In this document: positions 57,701 through 64,000 of the stretch, piece by piece
Layout of the letters: each line of letters starts with the position of its first letter
Numbering within the stretch: the first letter of the stretch is position 1
Assembly (NCBI RefSeq): GCF_009914755.1
Contig: NC_060937.1
From: the human T2T-CHM13v2.0 reference genome, Homo sapiens
Length of the DNA stretch: 64,000 nt
Reading direction: 5' to 3' (one strand)
The notes under the pieces: model-generated
What the model was told of the DNA's origin: nothing
Databases searched by the model: none
Seen by the model: the letters and a program-made list of their open reading frames with translations, nothing else
Translations under genes and position numbers: made by a program

Positions 57701-60700
57701 TTTTCACAGGGCATTGCACAGGCCACAACACAACTTGCTTCTCCTACCACTATCCAAGCAATTACCAATGACCAAGTACCCTTCATTTTATTGATAAGTG
57801 CCCTGCTGGCTGACTATAAAGTGGAGAAGCTAGCTGAGTGCATCTAGCAAGGGTGGAAAACAACAGGGTATCATGGATCCTGTTTCCCATTTGGCCACAG
57901 GTTAAAGTGAGAACTGTGTTTACTGCACATACAGCTTACACACCAAAAGATGAGACTAGCTGGAAAAACAAAGTGAGGGTCTATCTATCCCATCCAGTTT
58001 TATTTTAATGTAACTATAAATTATAATAGTCTATTTAAAAATAGTAAATTCATAATGAGTACTAAACAGGATGCCAGGGCAATAGTTTAAAGCTGTGATC
58101 ATAGGACATCTGTTAACTCTATATTTAAGGTTTATTATAATAAACACAATAATAAAGATACCAAAGAGGCTTAAAGTTTCAATGTGTTATTAAACAAGGA
58201 AGATATTAATATGGTCAGCCCTTCCTGTTGCGGTTAGAAGGTGAGATTATGACCAGGTCCCAGCTGTCCCCTAGTTACATCTTATTTCAGGAAAAGTATC
58301 TAAAAAAAACCCATAATCAGTCACTTAGAAACTACAAACTCAAAAACTGCAATTCTCACAGTTCCAAAGACTAATTTAAAAATAACCTTTCGAAATAAAA
58401 GAATCCCTGTTTTAGGATAGTAGGTTGAGCACGGAAGTATTAACCATCTAGCAGTTTTAGGTCATCCAAAATTAGACATGTCCCACATTGGCTACACGAT
58501 TTGTTACAAATGGGACTGGAAATTTTTGGTGTAACTTGGAGTTCATACTGGGAAATCTGCAGTGCAAAGGTCCCTTCTGCCAATTCTTCTCAAAGAAGTT
58601 AGAATTGTGGTTACCTGGCTGCTTCTGTGATCTAAAACATCATAATCTTACACTTCAAATTTCTAATTCAACAGAGTAGATAGGCGTGCAGTATAGAGCT
58701 ATGCCATTATGACAGCTATAAATCTGTTTTTTAACTAATGGTAAAAGAGAACAAAGGTAAGCTTACTGACATAAGCAGTTAATCAATTTTGAACCCAGAC
58801 CATTCTGAGGTCATCAAATTTGTTCCCGTGTGGCTTTTTTTTCCCATGGACTTCAGAAAATGATACATATCCATAACTTCCTGAAGTGCTTTGAAATAAA
58901 AGGTGGCCTTTTTTGGGAAAAGTCTAGAGAGAAGACAATCATGCCACATAAAGCGGAGACCATAATAGTTATTTTCCAGATCCATAAAAATTCTATTTCT
59001 TTCTAGGCCATCCTCGATAATGGCTTGGTTTCATCATTAAAATTGTTCTCTTTGAGTCAAGATAATATAGTTCCCAAGAGCTATGTCATACCATCAGAAA
59101 AAAGATAAACTTGGGCCAAACATGATGAGTTTCTCCTCATGAAGGTAAGGATTACTCAGAAGATTCTGTTTTCTTACTCAGAAGCCATGCTCTTTAAACT
59201 ATCAGGTGTTTTGTTTCTATGTTTTAAATAGAGATTGTATGTGGTGGTGTGTGTTACTCCAAGAGTTTCATCCTGTGACTAGTAGCTTCATTCTGTGAGC
59301 TTACAGTCAGATCTATGGAAAGAATGGGGGATTCAATGTGTGGCCTCAGCCTCCCGGGTTCCATAGTTTGATCCCAGCCAAATGCATGCAAATGATGTCA
59401 GAAATGAAGTTTGCATTTGGGGCCTGGATGGCCTATTTCCTCTTCTTCCCTTACCCCTCTCAGACACGTTATTGCTTTTTCCATAAAAATCTCTGAAGTC
59501 TCCTGCATTGAGGGCTTGTTTAATCCCCGAGTGGAGACATACCACATTCTTCTGCTCACAAACATGCAGGCCACACATTTGTGAGAAACTCCTCTATTCT
59601 TTATTCATGTTCGAGCACATCCCAAGAGACTCTAGATGGAAGAGGTTATCTCTCACTCCAGAAGAGATGGTGGCCACCTCTGAGCTTGTTTCCAGCTCCT
59701 GTTGACAGCATAGAAGAGGAAGAACAGGCATGGGTGGCTCCTTTGCTATGTGTAATGATTCTCTCTATGGCTTTGGTAGGCAATTGGAAAGGCCTTACAC
59801 AGGGTATTAGGCCCTTTGTGGCATAGCCAGACCTCTTGCACAAAGAACCAGAGAAACAGAAGTCCTCAAATATATAACCAGAAAGGTATGGTGACAAAAT
59901 AAGAAGGGGGAAAAAAAAACAGACACTGAAAAAAGTAAGTTTTCTGGCCTAATAACACCAAGGTCTCCAATACAATTCAGTTGATTGGTGGAACATAACT
60001 ACCCTTTCTCTAAACACCTAGATGTGTGGTGGGCAATTGCATGGGGCTCTCAATATTTCTTCCCTCTGTTCAGACATAAATGTATCAGAGAGGAGGTTCC
60101 CTAGAAGAATACAAGGTAGCATTCAGGATTGTGTGCAGTTCATATTCTGCTGAGCCAGGAAAAAAAATTAGACTCATTAGAAAAGGGAATACACTTGCCT
60201 ACCTCACAGTTTTGTCTTTTGTTGTACCAGTATGAAAGTGATTTTTAAATCAAAGTAAATTACAAATGAAGAGAATGACTTCTCCCCAATGTTATCTTTG
60301 CACACTCAACACATGGTTGGACATTTCATCCTATTTGACATTTTGAAAATTCTGTACAATATAATAGAACATCAAGATCAGCTATAAATATCTCCATAGT
60401 CCTGGAATAAAATCATCCAGAGCTCCAAATGCCATTGGCTTCGAAAGAGCAAACTACCCAGCAATTTTATCTGGAAGCCTGATGTTAGTGCTCCCCCAGT
60501 TTATCTTGCACAGAAAGCTGTGCATTGCCAAAGTCATGGGTGTCAAGCTTGAACAAGATGGTCCTGGGCATGGGAGGAAAAGACTGACTGTCCAGACCTG
60601 TGAGGGAAATTGACTTGGGAAAGGTCAGCCTTAAAGCAATAAGGTAGGATCCACAAAGGAACTGAACATTTAAATCACAGCCTTGAGTATTATCAAGATG

Positions 60701-60784
60701 ACATCCTTAGACAGGGGTCATCATTCTGCAAGGCACCGTGCTAGCCTGGGAGGCTTCTGAAGGCAAAGAAAGAAATTAACTTCT

Positions 60785-61256
<472 letters not shown>

Positions 61257-62984
61257 TCACATGAATAGACTTACTGAAATGACTGATATTCTCCATTCTC
61301 TTTGTATGTGTTTGGATGTTCATAGCCAGCAGGGAGGCTGTTTTCTTGAATGTTCACCAGTTTTTGCTCTCTCCATTTGAGGTCTTTGCTTACCAAACAC
61401 CAGTTGCATTTCCTCACAAACCAGTTGCAATTATAATTAGATAATTTAATAGAGTAGTAATGAATGTGTCAATGAAATAGAGTGAAAAATAAAGAAAGCT
61501 GTCATTTCTATGAAAACTAAATTGAATAATCTGGAAGGACTCATTTTAAAGGCGAGTCACTAAAATTAAAAAAAAAAACTGTAATCAAATTAGCCATGAT
61601 CTAGACAACTATAAAAGAACAGGTATGAGGATAATGGAAGTGGGAATAAAGGTCTAGGAGGATTCTGTACTTAAACTTATTTCAGTCCATTTAAAAACAA
61701 GAAGAAAAATAAGAAAACTTTGGCAATTCATCAAGGATATTGGTTTTGAAAACATAGAAAAGGAAGGACTCTAAGGAGTGGGCCACATTTCAAGAAAAGT
61801 CCTTAATCTTGCATGAAAATATTGGATAATAAACACATTTTATGTGCTTAAGAAAGGATTTCGAGTATAATACATACTATTGCTTGTTCCCACTTGAACT
61901 GGTTTTCTGATTGACTAACCAACTAGTGGCCCTGCTTGTGTCAGACATGAGGGATTCCACTGAACTCTAAGCTCCATTTTACACATGAGGAAACTGAGAA
62001 TCAGAAAGTGTATGTGATTTCTCCAAAGGGTATAGCTGTGTAATGGCAGAGCTCAGAATTGACTTTTAGCTGTATCTAAAATGGATTTGGTTATAATTCT
62101 ATGTTTACACTTCTTAAGCTCCTTATATTCTTTACTTTTGATCTCACTCTGCACTTCAGTCCTCCTCTGAATCAGCTCAGAACCTCACAGGCTTCTTAGA
62201 CTGTGGGTGAGTTCAGATGGGCTTCAATTGAGTGCCTTGGGAAACATCAGCATCCAGCGCCTCAGTTGATGCTCTCCCCTGTGTTCTGTCCAAGCTCTTG
62301 GTCCTAGAGTCTACCATTTTGCCCAGCCTATCCAGGCTGACTTCTTTGGACAGGTTTACTTAGCCCTTATTGGACCTCCATCAACTCCTGCTCTGTGGCT
62401 GAAATACTAATTATGCCTCCCCGTCAAATCTGGCCTGGCAGTCAGGAACCTCTTCCTGAATCTGGTGTACCTGTCATTTCATCTCATCTAGATGGTTTCT
62501 TGTAAACATGAGCTCTGGTTTCATAAGGGTCATGTTTTCCTGTGGCTTGGTGAGAAACCAGAGTAGACATTTTCTCATTTTCTTTTAATTTTAACATTAT
62601 GCTTTTAATGTGAGTTTTCAAGATAATATTTCCATCTCAAATATTCTAGTAGCCTCCATATTAATTTTGTATGTTACTAGACCCTTGGCAGAGCTTTCCA
62701 AAGCCATGTATAGACAAGGTGATCAGCTGCTTCTAAATCCATTTCTTTACTCCCTTCTTGACCTCTTTGGCCTTTTTCACTTTCCATTTGGGTTCAGGCA
62801 AAAATCTTCCTTTGAGACCCCCAAATCATAGGCCAGTGATCACAATACTGAACCAATTCTTCCTCCTTGCTGTAGCTCACATAGATTAAATAGATCTTCA
62901 TCTATTTCCATGCCAAGTTTCCTAGCTATGGAAAAGGAAAACTTATGTTCCCAGGAATATTTCCTTACATTCATTGATTGTATG

Positions 62985-63220
62985 CTAACATTTATTAAAC
63001 CTATACCATGCCTAGTCCTCTACAAAATCCTTTACATGTATTATCTTATTTATTCTTAAATTAGCCTTAAAAATGTACTGCCATTATTCCAATTTTAAAG
63101 ATAATAAAGCAGAGAGGTTACATGATCTGTCCTAGCTTATGCAGTTAGGAAGTGGTGGCATCAGAATTTATAGGAAGTTTTTCTAATCATAGATGTCTGG
63201 GCATAACAACTTCTACTTCT
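62985..63220. mobile_element. MIR fragment
   Basis: tttacatgtattatcttattt...ttccaattttaaagataa...gcagagaggttacatga. Confidence 0.6.
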
Positions 63221-64000
63221 CACCTGATGCTGTCTGTAATTGTTTCATGATTAAATCCATAGAAGACCATGGGACATTTCATATAAAGGGACATAATGCA
63301 CTCACTTTCAGGTCCCTCAGCCAAAATGGGTACTAATGAATAAAGACAGAGGAAACTAGGTGGAAAAGGGTGATAGAGCCTCTGGTCCAGTGTTGCGGGG
63401 AGCTGATACAGGGACTCAGGTTGCTTGATTAAGGCAGTAGCCCTTTAGCATAAGGGTGACTGCTTGGTTTTGCTTCTTGCTGCAGAGATATCCTGTGTCC
63501 CTGCACTTATGGGAGGGGAGACGGGAAGAAGCAACTTGCAGTTTTTTTTATCAGACAGTGATGTGTGAATAGACCATTAGTTGTAATTTGCAATCCAACT
63601 TCATCAATACTATAGGTCATGGAAACTCTAAGAACTTTGCGAGTGGTTGGCTGCTTTTGTTAATTTCCAGCGCTATTATGAGCTTTTTGTCTTTTCCTTT
63701 GTTTTATAAAACATTTTCATAAGATGCTGAGAAAGATGATGTTGGGAATGCTGGACTATGATGCTCTTTTTAGCAGAAAGACTACTACGCTCCTCTGCTC
63801 TGTTATGATGGTTATTCTCAATAAACCTGTTATCAGCTTCCAACTCTCAACTCCATTTGTTTCAATAACATTGAATGACTGTCTCAGAAATCCTAATCTT
63901 ACTTTCTTATTTGTACCACTATCTAAACCACAACTACCCAGGATGCCCTCAACTATCAAACTCCCCCAAATCCCCTCTCATAGATTATTGACCATCTAAC

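Noticed and set aside
58740-59150. Strong splice-donor-like motifs (caaag|gtaagc near 58756, tgaag|gtaagg near 59143)
   Set aside because: I could not pair them with convincing acceptors or a reading frame, and such motifs occur by chance in 64 kb.

Overview
This is primate (human-like) nuclear non-coding DNA, AT-rich and CpG-depleted, and roughly half of it is recognisable transposable-element fossils. These include AluJ/S/Y, L1PA/PB/MA/M, ERVL and MaLR LTRs, MER21/MER34-type LTRs, MADE1, Tigger, hAT elements, MIR and L2. I cannot support any cellular protein-coding gene, RNA gene or CpG-island promoter. The only ORFs with recognisable products are LINE-1 ORF1p/ORF2p remnants. The most notable structure is a TSD-flanked, 5'-truncated L1PA3-like insertion at 12310-13240 with a ~293-bp 3' transduction and a second poly(A) tail. 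The transduced piece carries an old AluJ-like arm and two octamer motifs, and it sits in a multi-layer nest of L1s. Also present are a twin-primed inverted L1PA with a large internal deletion, two short dispersed local duplications (44.5/46.0 kb and 47.0/49.1 kb), and several template-switch-like microduplications. I see no evidence of a new gene system. Subfamily names are recalled from consensus sequences by eye and need RepeatMasker/Dfam confirmation, and boundaries of old elements are approximate.
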